In this document: positions 50,001 through 58,918 of the stretch, one piece after another
How positions within the stretch are numbered: position 1 is the stretch's first letter
Layout of the letters: the number at the start of each line of letters is the position of its first letter
Assembly: GCA_037189525.1 (NCBI GenBank)
Contig: JBBCJC010000002.1
Location: 768,001 to 832,000, forward strand
Reading direction: 5' to 3'
From: Gemmatimonadales bacterium
GTDB taxonomy: Bacteria; Gemmatimonadota; Gemmatimonadetes; Gemmatimonadales; GWC2-71-9
Length of the DNA stretch: 64,000 nucleotides
Notes under the pieces: model-generated
The model's database searches: none
What the model was told of the DNA's origin: nothing
Seen by the model: the letters and a program-made list of their open reading frames with translations, nothing else
Program-made: the position numbers and the translations under genes

Positions 50001-52691
50001 CGGCTGTGGGAGCGGTCCTGCCGGATTCTGGCCGATGACGGTGTGCTGGCCGAGTCGGGGCGTGGGAGCTGGCGGGTGGTCGGGAAACCGTCGGGTCAGT
50101 CGGCTGTGGTGGCTGGAGTCGAAGGGGCGCTGCTCGAACAATGCGCCGCTCCGCTGGCCGATGTGCTGGTGGGGCGGGCCGATCCGCTGGCGCTGCTCTT
50201 TCCCGAGGGCGGGACGGTGTCTGCAGCGGCCATCTACACTTCGACGGCCAGTGCGCGGCGATTGAACGAGGCGGTGGCTGCCGCGGTGCGCCAGATCGTG
50301 ACGAATCGCGGCGGCGCGCCGGTGCGGATCGTCGAAGTGGGTGCCGGTACCGGGGCCACGACCGCGCACGTGCTTCCCATCCTGCCGTCGGGAAGTCGCT
50401 ATCTCGCGACCGACGTGTCGCCGACGTTGCTCGAAGGGCTGGCCCAGCGGTTCGGCGCGGTCGAGGGGGCGTCGTTCCATCGTCTGGATGCCGAACGGTC
50501 GCCTCGCGCGCAAGGATTGCCGACGCAGTGTGCCGATCTGGTGATTGCCTCGAACGTCCTGCACGCGACCAGAAATCTCAACGAGACACTGGCCCATGTG
50601 CGTAGCTTGCTCGCACCCGGTGGCTTGCTCATCCTGATCGAGACCACGGCGCCGAGACGATGGATCGACCTGACTTTCGGCTTGACCGAGGGGTGGTGGC
50701 GCTACGACGATCGCCGGACCGACTCGGCGCTGCTCGACCCCGCCGGCTGGGCAGCGGAGCTCGAGCAATCCGGGTTCGAGTCTGCCGCCGCATTGGGACA
50801 TGACGCAGGCGCCGTGCATGCGCAGGCCCTGATCATGGCGCGCCGCGATCGGTCGCCCCAGCGTATGGGGCCGATCTGGACGCTCACCGCCGCTGATGGA
50901 GCGCCGGCGGAGTGGCACGATCGGTTAGATCGATTCGTTTCCGTCGATCCGGTCGACTCGAGTGCGGGCACGACGGATTGGTCGGCCGAGGTTGCGAAGG
51001 CAGTCGCGCGTCATGGCGAACGGTGGGCGGGAATCGTTTATGACGCATCCCGGCTCCCTGATACGCCGACTGCTGCGGTTCAGGCTGCGCATCAGATAGC
51101 CCGGATTACTACCGCGCTTCGCGCCAAGACCGGCAGCGCGGCCCGGCTTGTCGTGGTCACCAACGGGTCGATAGCAACCAGTGGCGCCGAATCTTCGCAT
51201 GCTGCGCAGGCGACGCTCTGGGGGATGGGCCGGTCGATTGCGTTGGAAGCATCGTCGATCTGGGGCGGGTTGATCGATCTCGATCCGAGCCACGATGCCG
51301 CTCGGCAGGCCGGAACCGTTGCCGCGGGCTTGCTCGATCCGGATGAGGAGGATCAGGTGGTCTGGCGCGCCGGATCGCGGCTGGTACCCCGCTTGGTGCC
51401 GGATCGTGATCCGGCCCCGGTCGCACTGTCGCTTCGGGCAGACGCCAGCTATCTGGTTACCGGCGCGTTCGGCGGGTTGGGTCCCAAGCTGATTCGATGG
51501 CTGGCCCGCAGTGGCGCGCGGCATCTGATCCTGATCGGTCGCTCCGCACCGTTGCCATCCGACTGGTCGTCTGTCGCCCCCGACTCGGCGTCGGGTAAAG
51601 CGATCACCGAGATTCGCGCCGCTGAGGCCGATGGGGTGCAGTGCACGGTGGTTGCGGCTGACGTGGGGAATCACGACGCCATGGCGAGGATCTTCGATGA
51701 AGCTCGCGGACGCGGCTATCCGGTACGAGGGGTCGTCCATGCGGCGGCATCGATTCGGTTTGCGGGACTCGAGGAGCTCACCGAGGCCCGTCTCGAGGAA
51801 GCTCTGCATGCCAAGTCCTCCGGCGCCCTGGTCCTCGATGCCCTGACGCGCGATGGCCTGAACGATTTCCTCGTCTTCTTCTCCTCTGGCACCACGATCC
51901 TGGGGGCCAGTAAGCTTGCTGCGTATGCTGCGGCCAATCAGTTCCTGGCTGCCGTGGCCCAGGAGCGGGTCCGGGCCGGGTATCCGGCCACCGTGGTCGA
52001 CTGGGGCGCCTGGGACGAGATTCGCCTGCTTGGCAGCGATGGTACGGAATCGATGGCGGCGCTCGGATTCGAGGTGCTGGATGACGCGCGCGCGCTGGCG
52101 ACGCTGGCCGGGTTGATCGGGGAGAACAGCCCGCCGCGTTTCGTGGCAGCGCTCGACATCGGCCGGCTTCGGGAGGCGTATCAGGTGCATCGGCGGCGAC
52201 CGATGCTCGATGGTTTGCCGGCGGCAACGACGTCGGCAGCCGAGGAGATCACCCCGGCGGCGACACCGGCATCGAGTCCGTCGGCATCACTTACCGCCTT
52301 GATTGCCGGGTGTACGCCGTCTCGAGCATTGGCTCGGCTCACGGATTTCGTGGTCGGTTCGGTCGCCCATGTGCTGGGAGTCGCGCCGGATACGGTCGAT
52401 CCTTCGCGCGGGCTCTTCGATCTGGGGCTCGACTCCCTGATGGCAGTGGGACTCCGAAACCGACTCGAAGCGGCCGGCGCCGGGTCGTTACCGGCCACGC
52501 TGGTCTTCAACTATCCGACGGCCGCGGCCATTGCGGAGTTGCTGAACACCCGGCTTGGCGCGTCGGTCGCATCAGGTGACGATGTCGTGGCGGTCGAGCC
52601 GGCGAGTGCGGTGGCGGCTGAAGCCGATGAGGATGTGCGGGCGCAGCTCCTGGCCGAGCTCAAGTCGATCGATCTCGGAGTCGAAACGTGA
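47052..52691 (+). CDS. Type I PKS, KS-AT-cMT-KR-ACP
   Basis: KS DTACSSS; AT GHSVG, YAFH; MT VEVGAGTG, NVLHAT, GLTEGWW; KR GAFGGLG, no LDD, YAAAN; ACP GLDSL. Confidence 0.95.
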   Translation: MSDLRQRVASLTPEQRAALSKRLGERTAPVREPIAIVGMSCRLPGADGLDAYWDLLVEGRDAVGPPPPGRRDHLRTEAGYLSAVDGFDAEFFGVPAREARSMDPQQRLLLEVAWEALEHAGIPADRVRGSSAGVFVGIHSHSSDYHLLQLATPGEVDPYGSTGAAHSIVANRLSYWLDLRGPSMAIDTACSSSLVAVHQACLSLRAGETDLALAGGVNLILLEAATTAFDRLGILSPGARCRVFDAAADGIARGEGVGVVVLKRLSDAERDGDRILAVVRGSGVNQDGASNGLTAPNGAAQVALLKKVWSDSGISGAQLSLVETHGTGTPLGDPIEVAALSDAIGAAGAQASIWLGAVKSQIGHLEAAAGIAALIKAVLCLTRRLVPAVCHFQTLNPQIELVGSGLAVPTRVEALPAHGRLLAGVSSFGFGGTNAHLCVESGPERAIESVEPAPVLVLPLSARSGSAVRELGMQLTGRLRSSSDADLRNIVATAALRRTHHDHRLAAVGVDRDSLVADLERRMTDPVWPASRDGIVFAFGGQGTQWSGMGRELRESERVFRATFDAIADRYRSLSGVDLVELIDGRDAGRLAETGYAQPAIFAVQAGLVALLRSWGIVPDRVVGHSVGEIAAAHAAGILSLEAAVDVVYHRGRLMQSVPRGGAMIQVGLAEAELRAVLDGFGPEVAVAALNAPAVSVAAGPREVVDALASRLQADGVSVQRVPVEYAFHSPAVAPVTEPLVQALRGVVPGAGSIPIVSTVTGLPARAGDFTPEYWARNVRETVRFAPAIRRSLEDGAGIVLEISPHPALLAGVAAVADQLGRPVATVAVMRRDRPVALALRQAVAALYAAGVDPDWSALVAAGAPVDLPRYPWQRTRHWLGAPDVRALGNNVLGTGSTVPGVTYRVEWQASAAQVGLPSSGEPVAVPSISMPPTEDEGALLASLERRSGVLIAEAFARLGVLDLADPISWDTAMGLGVLPRYRRLWERSCRILADDGVLAESGRGSWRVVGKPSGQSAVVAGVEGALLEQCAAPLADVLVGRADPLALLFPEGGTVSAAAIYTSTASARRLNEAVAAAVRQIVTNRGGAPVRIVEVGAGTGATTAHVLPILPSGSRYLATDVSPTLLEGLAQRFGAVEGASFHRLDAERSPRAQGLPTQCADLVIASNVLHATRNLNETLAHVRSLLAPGGLLILIETTAPRRWIDLTFGLTEGWWRYDDRRTDSALLDPAGWAAELEQSGFESAAALGHDAGAVHAQALIMARRDRSPQRMGPIWTLTAADGAPAEWHDRLDRFVSVDPVDSSAGTTDWSAEVAKAVARHGERWAGIVYDASRLPDTPTAAVQAAHQIARITTALRAKTGSAARLVVVTNGSIATSGAESSHAAQATLWGMGRSIALEASSIWGGLIDLDPSHDAARQAGTVAAGLLDPDEEDQVVWRAGSRLVPRLVPDRDPAPVALSLRADASYLVTGAFGGLGPKLIRWLARSGARHLILIGRSAPLPSDWSSVAPDSASGKAITEIRAAEADGVQCTVVAADVGNHDAMARIFDEARGRGYPVRGVVHAAASIRFAGLEELTEARLEEALHAKSSGALVLDALTRDGLNDFLVFFSSGTTILGASKLAAYAAANQFLAAVAQERVRAGYPATVVDWGAWDEIRLLGSDGTESMAALGFEVLDDARALATLAGLIGENSPPRFVAALDIGRLREAYQVHRRRPMLDGLPAATTSAAEEITPAATPASSPSASLTALIAGCTPSRALARLTDFVVGSVAHVLGVAPDTVDPSRGLFDLGLDSLMAVGLRNRLEAAGAGSLPATLVFNYPTAAAIAELLNTRLGASVASGDDVVAVEPASAVAAEADEDVRAQLLAELKSIDLGVET

Positions 52692-55600
52692 CCGATCCGA
52701 CTTCTGTCGAACGTCAAGCGCTGGCTGCGATTCGGCAGCTCCGCGATAAGCTCGAATCGATCGAGCGGGCGCGGCGGGAACCGATTGCCATCGTCGGGGT
52801 GGGCTGCCGGATGCCGGGTGCGCCGTCGCCTGCCGCGTTTTGGGATCTGCTGGTTGGCGGCCGGGAAGCGATTCGGCCGCTGCCCGCCGAGCGGTGGGGC
52901 GGTTCGCCGGCTGAGGAGTCGGCGGGGTTCGAAGCGGGGGTCCTGGATCAGGTCGACGGGTTCGACGCCGAGTTCTTCGGGATCTCGCCGAGGGAGGCGC
53001 GCTTTACCGACCCGCAGCAGCGCCTGTTCCTCGAAGTTGCCTGGGAGGCGCTCGAGGACGCCGGAATTGCGCCGACGTCGCTCAAGGGGTCGGCGACCGG
53101 TGTCTTCGTCGGTACCACGACGACCGACTATCTCGATCTGGTGTTCAGGCATACGCCGCTCGACGCGCTCGATGCCTATGTCGTCTCCGGCAACACCTTG
53201 AACGCCGTTGCGGGTCGAGTCGCCTTCACGCTTGGTCTGCAGGGCCCCGCGATCGCGATGGATACGGCATGCTCGAGTTCGCTGGTGGCGATCGATCGGG
53301 CGTGCCGGAGTTTGCGCGACGGCGAAAGCTCGATGGCGATCGCGGGCGGCGTCAATCTGATCCTCGGGCCCGAGATCCTCGCATCGCTCGCGAAGTGGGG
53401 CATGTTGTCGCCGGCGAGCCGTTGCAAGACGTTCGACGCATCGGCCGACGGGTTCGTGCGAGGCGAAGGGTGTGGCGCTCTCGTACTCAAGCGCCTGTCG
53501 GATGCGGAGCGTGATGGTGACCCGATTCGTGCCGTGATCCTGGGCAGCGCGGTCAATCAGGACGGCGCGAGCGCCGGATTCTCCGTACCAAACGGATTGG
53601 CCCAGGAAGCGGTGATCCGCGCTGCACTCGCATCGGCCGGGATTCGCGCGGGCGAGGTCGGGTACGTCGAAACTCACGGGACCGGAACGCCGCTCGGCGA
53701 CCCGATCGAGATCGAAGCTCTCACCTCGGTGTTCGGCGACGGTCGCGCCATGGATCGGCCGCTTCTGGTTGGTTCGGTCAAGACCAACATCGGCCATCTG
53801 GAGGCGGCGGCCGGTGTGGCCGGCCTCCTCAAGGTCGTTCTGTCGCTGCAGCATGGGACGATTCCTCCGCATCTCAACCTGCGAACCCCGAATCCTCACA
53901 TTCCATGGGAGCGGATTCCGATCTCTGTACCCGGAGAGGCAACGGGCTGGGATCCGATCGGAAATCGCCGGATTGGCGCGGTCAGCTCCTTCGGGTTCAG
54001 TGGCACCAACGTCCACATCGTCCTTGCCGAGGCGGGAGCGGCGGTTGCTGTGCCGCCGGCGGAGCAGTCGACCCATCTCGTTACGCTCTCGGCCCGGTCC
54101 AAAGCGGGGCGCGGCGCCGTGGCCCAGGCGTATGCTGACGCGCTCGAATCGGGCGCTATCGAGGTTCGTGATCTGGGCCTGGCGGTAAGTGCGGGCAGGG
54201 CTGCCTTGCCGGTTCGGGCCGCCGTCGTCGGCGCCGATCGTGCGGAGGTAGTGGCCGGGCTTCGGCAGGTAGCGGAACAGACCGACGATCGGACCGGTGT
54301 GATCGCGACCGGGACCGCGCGCCGCGATACGGTCGGGTTCCTCTTTACCGGGCAAGGGTCACAGTATGTCGGGATGGCGAGTGATCTCGCCGCCAACTGT
54401 GATGCGTTCCGCGCCGCGTTCGATGAGGCGGTGGCTGCGCTCGATCCGGAACTCGATGCGCCCTTGGCCGTGGTCATGAATGCGTCGGACGGTCGGATCG
54501 ATCAGACCCGGTACACGCAGCCCGCGCTGTTTGCGCTCCAGTACGGTCTGGTGGCGGCCTGGCGGTCGTTCGGGGTCGAGCCGGCGGTCGTGCTCGGTCA
54601 TTCGATCGGCGAGTATGCCGCGGCTTGCTGTGCTGGCGTCCTCGACCTCGCGACGGCGTCCCGTCTCGTGGCCGCGCGTGCCCGGCTGATGGGCGAGTTG
54701 CCGGCGGGCGGCGCCATGGCGGCAGTTGCCGCGGACGCAGAGCGGGTCGCGGCTGTTCTCCGTAGCGCCGCCGGTATCGTCTCGATTGCGGCGACCAACG
54801 CGCCGGACGAAACGGTGATCTCGGGCGACGCCGCGGCCGTGCGCGCTGTCGTTCGCGAGCTCGAAGGCCAGGGGATTCGCGTACGGCCGCTCACGGTATC
54901 GCACGCGTTCCATTCTCCGCTGATGGAGCCGATGCTGCCCACCTTCCTACGCGCTGTCGAACCGGTGACCAGGCGCGATCCGCGCCTGACCGTCATCTCG
55001 ACTGTTTCAGGAGCGCCTGCCGACGCCGAATTTGGCACGGCACGGTATTGGGCGGAGCAGATCAGGGCGCCGGTGCGTTATGCGGACGCCGTCCGATCGC
55101 TTGCTGCGGCTGGAGTCAGTCTGGCAATCGAGATCGGTCCGCATCCCGTGCTGACCGGCCTGCTGGAACGGAACGGAGTCGCTGCGCGACCGCTGGCTTC
55201 GCTGCGTCGCGGTCAGGACGGATGGCGCACGCTGCTCGCCGCCGTGGGCGAATCGTTCGTTCGGGGCGTCGTCGACGATTGGAGCGGGGCCGACGGGGCT
55301 CGCCGCCGAGGACGCGTCGCGGTGCCGACGTACCCCTTCCAGCGCGTCAGACATTGGATTGCCGATCAGCCGCGGACCGCCGGTGTGAGTGTTACCGGTA
55401 CGTCGGTGCATCCGCTGTTGGGCGTGCGCTTGCCTGTTGCGCTCGACGAGCGGATCTACCACCGCTTCCTGAGCCTGGGCGACGCGGGAACTCTGGCGGA
55501 GCATCGGCTCGGAGACCGGGCCGTGTTGCCGGCAGCTGCGCTGCTGGATCTGTTTGCGGCCGTCGGGCGCGAGGGCCGGGTGTCAGGTTCGGTTTCGATC

Positions 55601-58600
55601 GGTCAGGTCGAATTCCGCCGGCCGCTCGAGATCATGGACGTTCCGCTCGAATTGGAAACGATCGTTCGACCGCGAGTCGATGGCGGGCTCGAGGTTCAGG
55701 TTAAAGGGCGCCGCTCGGCGGATGACGGCTGGGAAACGTATGCCGGCGCTGTCGTCGCGCCGTCCACGCCGGCCTCCGGTGAGGTGGTTGCATCCGCACC
55801 GGCTGATGCCGCATCGATCGATCTTCAAGATTGGTATGACCGCTTGGAGGCGGTCGGCGCCCATTTCGGTCCGGGGTTCCGGTCGCTGGACGCTGCGTGG
55901 CAAGAGGATGGTGTTGCCTGGGGCCGAGTCCGGGCTTCAGGGGCATGGTCGTCGGGATGGGCGCTTACGCCGACCTTGCTCGACGGGTGTATTCAGGTCG
56001 GCAATCTCGCCATCGGTGGCGACGAGCGATTGCTGATGCCGGCGGCGATGGCGGGGTATCACTTCTTCGGTGTCCGCAGCGAAGGCCCCTTGGTCGTGCG
56101 CGGCGAGCGGAGCGGAGCGTTGACGGTCAACCTCGATATTGGCACCGTGGACGGAACCCCGGTCGCCAGATTCGAGGGGCTTCGCTTTGCCGTGCCCCTG
56201 GCGCGCGATCGGGATGAGCTTCCCGAATTCGAGACGCGCTGGGTGCCGGCCGAACTGCCTGTGGGTACGGGGCCGGGCGGGTGGAGCGTCGTCGGTAGCT
56301 CCGCGGATGCCGTACTGGGCGAACAGTTGGCAACACAGTTGCGCGCGATTGGCGTCGACGCGGCGTGGCAGGATTGGGCCGGGCTCGAGATCGCTGGACG
56401 TGACAATGTTGCCGTCCTTCAAGTGGCATCGATCGATCCGCTGTCGGATGGCCTCGCCATCGCAAAACGGCTCGGTGCGGCATCGGTCAGCCGCGTCGTG
56501 CTGCTGACCTCCGGAGCGCAAGCGGTGCGCGATGGTGAGCGCCCGCGTGTCGAGGCGGCCGGTCTGTGGGGATTGTGGCGGGCGGCGCAGCTCGAGTCTC
56601 CCGCCGTCGCGACTCAGCGGATCGATCTCGATCCCGATGGTACCGATGCCGACATCGTAACCGTGGCCCGATGGCTTGCGGCGCCGGCGGCGGGTGAAAC
56701 GGAGCTCGCGCTCCGCCGAGGTGAGGCCCTTGCTGCGCGGCTTCTGCCACGATCGCGCTGGCGACAACCGACTCGGCTCGTGGTCGGCCGGCCGGGTGAG
56801 CTCGAGTCGATCGGGTTTTCGTCGTTCGAGCCGCGGACCGTCGGCCCCGACGAGGTGGCGATCGCAGTCGAAGCGGCCGGGCTCAATTTCCGAGACGTGC
56901 TTGCCGCGCTCGGGATGTTCGGCGGTGCCGACACCGTGCTCGGCGGTGAATCCAGCGGCCGCATCACCGCAGTCGGCTCGGCTGTCACCGACCTGCAGGT
57001 GGGTGATCCGGTCATCGCGCTGGCGCCGGGCGGGCTTGCGACGGAAGTGGTGGTGCCTAGAGCGGCGGTCATTCGCCGGCCGGCATTGCTGTCGCCGGCA
57101 CGTGCCGCGGGTGTGCCGGTGGCGTACCTGACCGCCATGCTCGGCCTCGAGGTCCTTGCGCGGATCAAGCCCGGCGAGCGGGTCCTGGTCCACGCCGGTG
57201 CTGGCGGAGTCGGCCAGGCGGCCATCCGCATTGCGCAGCGGGCAGGGTGTGAGGTCTACGCGACTGCGGGATCCGAGACCAAGCGCCGCCTGGTCGAGTC
57301 GTTAGGCGTGACGGGGGTGCACGATTCCCGATCGACCTCGTTCCGCGATTGGATCCTGGACCGGACCCGGGGCGAGGGTGTCGACGTCGTGGTCAACTCG
57401 CTGTCGGGACCGGCCATCGACGCCGGTTTCGAGGTCCTCCGGCCCGGCGGACGATTCCTGGAATTGGGTAAGCGGGGCATCTGGACGAGTGAGCAGGCGC
57501 ATCGCGCCTTCCCGATGGTTCGGTATCTCCCGTTCGATCTGGGTGAAATGACGGCGGCCGATCCCGACCTGCTGTCCCATCTCATGGCGCGCCTCGAAGC
57601 GGGGCTCGGGGATGGATCGATTACGCCGTTGCCCGTGACCGCGCACCGCCTGTCGCAGCCCGTCGATGCGTTCCGGGTCATGGCGCAGGGCCGGCATACC
57701 GGAAAACTCGTCTTCGTTCAGGACCTCCGACCGGTTCCCGGCCGAGTGCAGCCAGACGCGACGTATCTGATCTCCGGAGGAACCGGGGGAATTGGCTTGG
57801 AAGTTGCCCGCGAGTTGGCGCGCAGCGGAGCCAAATCGCTGGTCCTGCTTTCCAGGCAGGGGGGCGATGTTGCGCAGGCGGCAGTGGAGCGGCTGGCTGA
57901 CACTGGCGCAACCGTCCAGGTGATCGCAGTCGATCTGGCCCGTGGCGAGCGCGCGACGACGGCGTTGCGCGCGGCGCTCCAGACGGTGCCACCGGTTCGC
58001 GGGGTGATTCACGCCGCGGGTTTTGCCGTCGACGGACCGATTCAGGAACAGTCCGCGGAGTCTCTGGCGGCGACCTGGGCGGTCAAGGTCGACGGTGCGC
58101 AGGTACTGCTGGACGCGGTGGACGCCCGGGGTCTCGATTTCTTCGTCACTTTCGGCGCTGGGGCTGCGACCCTGGGGTCGGCGGGTCAAGCGACCTACGC
58201 TGCGGCAAATGCGGGGCTCGAGGCCTGGACACTCGCTCGCTTCGCATCCGGAGATGCAGCCTCGGTCGTGGCCTGGGGGCGCTGGGCCGATGTGGGCATG
58301 GCGGCCCGGTTGCGTTTGGTCGATCAGGATCGCCTCACCAGACTGGGCATCGGGACCATCGAACCGAATGCCGGTGTGTCGGTGCTCATGGATGTGATCG
58401 CTCGCTCCGTACGCGATACTGCCGTGTTACCGATGGACTGGGCCCGGTATCTCCGGGAATCCGGCCGGCAGGGCGATCGGCGGTTTCAGGAACTGGGAGG
58501 GAGCGGCACTGGCGGGAAGGCTGAATCGTTGCTCGAGCGGATCGGCGCACTTCCGGTGCGCGAGCGGCGCGCGGCCGTACGCGCGGCTGTGGAAGCGGCA

Positions 58601-58918
58601 TCGCGTCGCGTGCTCGGTGCTGCGCCCCATCTCGTGATCGATCCCGGTATCGCGCTTCGTGACTTGGGGCTCGACTCGCTGCTGGCGGTGGAGCTTCGCA
58701 ACGCGTTGGTCGCGGCGTTCGGACGACCTTTGCCGACGACGGTGGCCTTCGATCACCCCACGATCGATGCGCTGACCGATCTGGTAGGTGCGGATCTGGT
58801 CGAGGCGCCGCCGGCCGGCACGGAGTCGCGAGAGCCGGCGGAAGTCCTGGCCATGTCCGACGCGGAAGCGGAGGCGGCGCTGTTGCGGGAACTCGAAGCG
58901 GGAGAGCCGGGGCGATGA
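52688..58918 (+). CDS. Type I PKS, KS-AT-DH-ER-KR-ACP
   Basis: KS DTACSSS; AT GHSIG, HAFH; DH HRLGDRAVLP, DGCIQ; ER VHAGAGGVG; KR GGTGGIG, YAAAN; ACP GLDSL. Confidence 0.95.
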   Translation: MTDPTSVERQALAAIRQLRDKLESIERARREPIAIVGVGCRMPGAPSPAAFWDLLVGGREAIRPLPAERWGGSPAEESAGFEAGVLDQVDGFDAEFFGISPREARFTDPQQRLFLEVAWEALEDAGIAPTSLKGSATGVFVGTTTTDYLDLVFRHTPLDALDAYVVSGNTLNAVAGRVAFTLGLQGPAIAMDTACSSSLVAIDRACRSLRDGESSMAIAGGVNLILGPEILASLAKWGMLSPASRCKTFDASADGFVRGEGCGALVLKRLSDAERDGDPIRAVILGSAVNQDGASAGFSVPNGLAQEAVIRAALASAGIRAGEVGYVETHGTGTPLGDPIEIEALTSVFGDGRAMDRPLLVGSVKTNIGHLEAAAGVAGLLKVVLSLQHGTIPPHLNLRTPNPHIPWERIPISVPGEATGWDPIGNRRIGAVSSFGFSGTNVHIVLAEAGAAVAVPPAEQSTHLVTLSARSKAGRGAVAQAYADALESGAIEVRDLGLAVSAGRAALPVRAAVVGADRAEVVAGLRQVAEQTDDRTGVIATGTARRDTVGFLFTGQGSQYVGMASDLAANCDAFRAAFDEAVAALDPELDAPLAVVMNASDGRIDQTRYTQPALFALQYGLVAAWRSFGVEPAVVLGHSIGEYAAACCAGVLDLATASRLVAARARLMGELPAGGAMAAVAADAERVAAVLRSAAGIVSIAATNAPDETVISGDAAAVRAVVRELEGQGIRVRPLTVSHAFHSPLMEPMLPTFLRAVEPVTRRDPRLTVISTVSGAPADAEFGTARYWAEQIRAPVRYADAVRSLAAAGVSLAIEIGPHPVLTGLLERNGVAARPLASLRRGQDGWRTLLAAVGESFVRGVVDDWSGADGARRRGRVAVPTYPFQRVRHWIADQPRTAGVSVTGTSVHPLLGVRLPVALDERIYHRFLSLGDAGTLAEHRLGDRAVLPAAALLDLFAAVGREGRVSGSVSIGQVEFRRPLEIMDVPLELETIVRPRVDGGLEVQVKGRRSADDGWETYAGAVVAPSTPASGEVVASAPADAASIDLQDWYDRLEAVGAHFGPGFRSLDAAWQEDGVAWGRVRASGAWSSGWALTPTLLDGCIQVGNLAIGGDERLLMPAAMAGYHFFGVRSEGPLVVRGERSGALTVNLDIGTVDGTPVARFEGLRFAVPLARDRDELPEFETRWVPAELPVGTGPGGWSVVGSSADAVLGEQLATQLRAIGVDAAWQDWAGLEIAGRDNVAVLQVASIDPLSDGLAIAKRLGAASVSRVVLLTSGAQAVRDGERPRVEAAGLWGLWRAAQLESPAVATQRIDLDPDGTDADIVTVARWLAAPAAGETELALRRGEALAARLLPRSRWRQPTRLVVGRPGELESIGFSSFEPRTVGPDEVAIAVEAAGLNFRDVLAALGMFGGADTVLGGESSGRITAVGSAVTDLQVGDPVIALAPGGLATEVVVPRAAVIRRPALLSPARAAGVPVAYLTAMLGLEVLARIKPGERVLVHAGAGGVGQAAIRIAQRAGCEVYATAGSETKRRLVESLGVTGVHDSRSTSFRDWILDRTRGEGVDVVVNSLSGPAIDAGFEVLRPGGRFLELGKRGIWTSEQAHRAFPMVRYLPFDLGEMTAADPDLLSHLMARLEAGLGDGSITPLPVTAHRLSQPVDAFRVMAQGRHTGKLVFVQDLRPVPGRVQPDATYLISGGTGGIGLEVARELARSGAKSLVLLSRQGGDVAQAAVERLADTGATVQVIAVDLARGERATTALRAALQTVPPVRGVIHAAGFAVDGPIQEQSAESLAATWAVKVDGAQVLLDAVDARGLDFFVTFGAGAATLGSAGQATYAAANAGLEAWTLARFASGDAASVVAWGRWADVGMAARLRLVDQDRLTRLGIGTIEPNAGVSVLMDVIARSVRDTAVLPMDWARYLRESGRQGDRRFQELGGSGTGGKAESLLERIGALPVRERRAAVRAAVEAASRRVLGAAPHLVIDPGIALRDLGLDSLLAVELRNALVAAFGRPLPTTVAFDHPTIDALTDLVGADLVEAPPAGTESREPAEVLAMSDAEAEAALLRELEAGEPGR

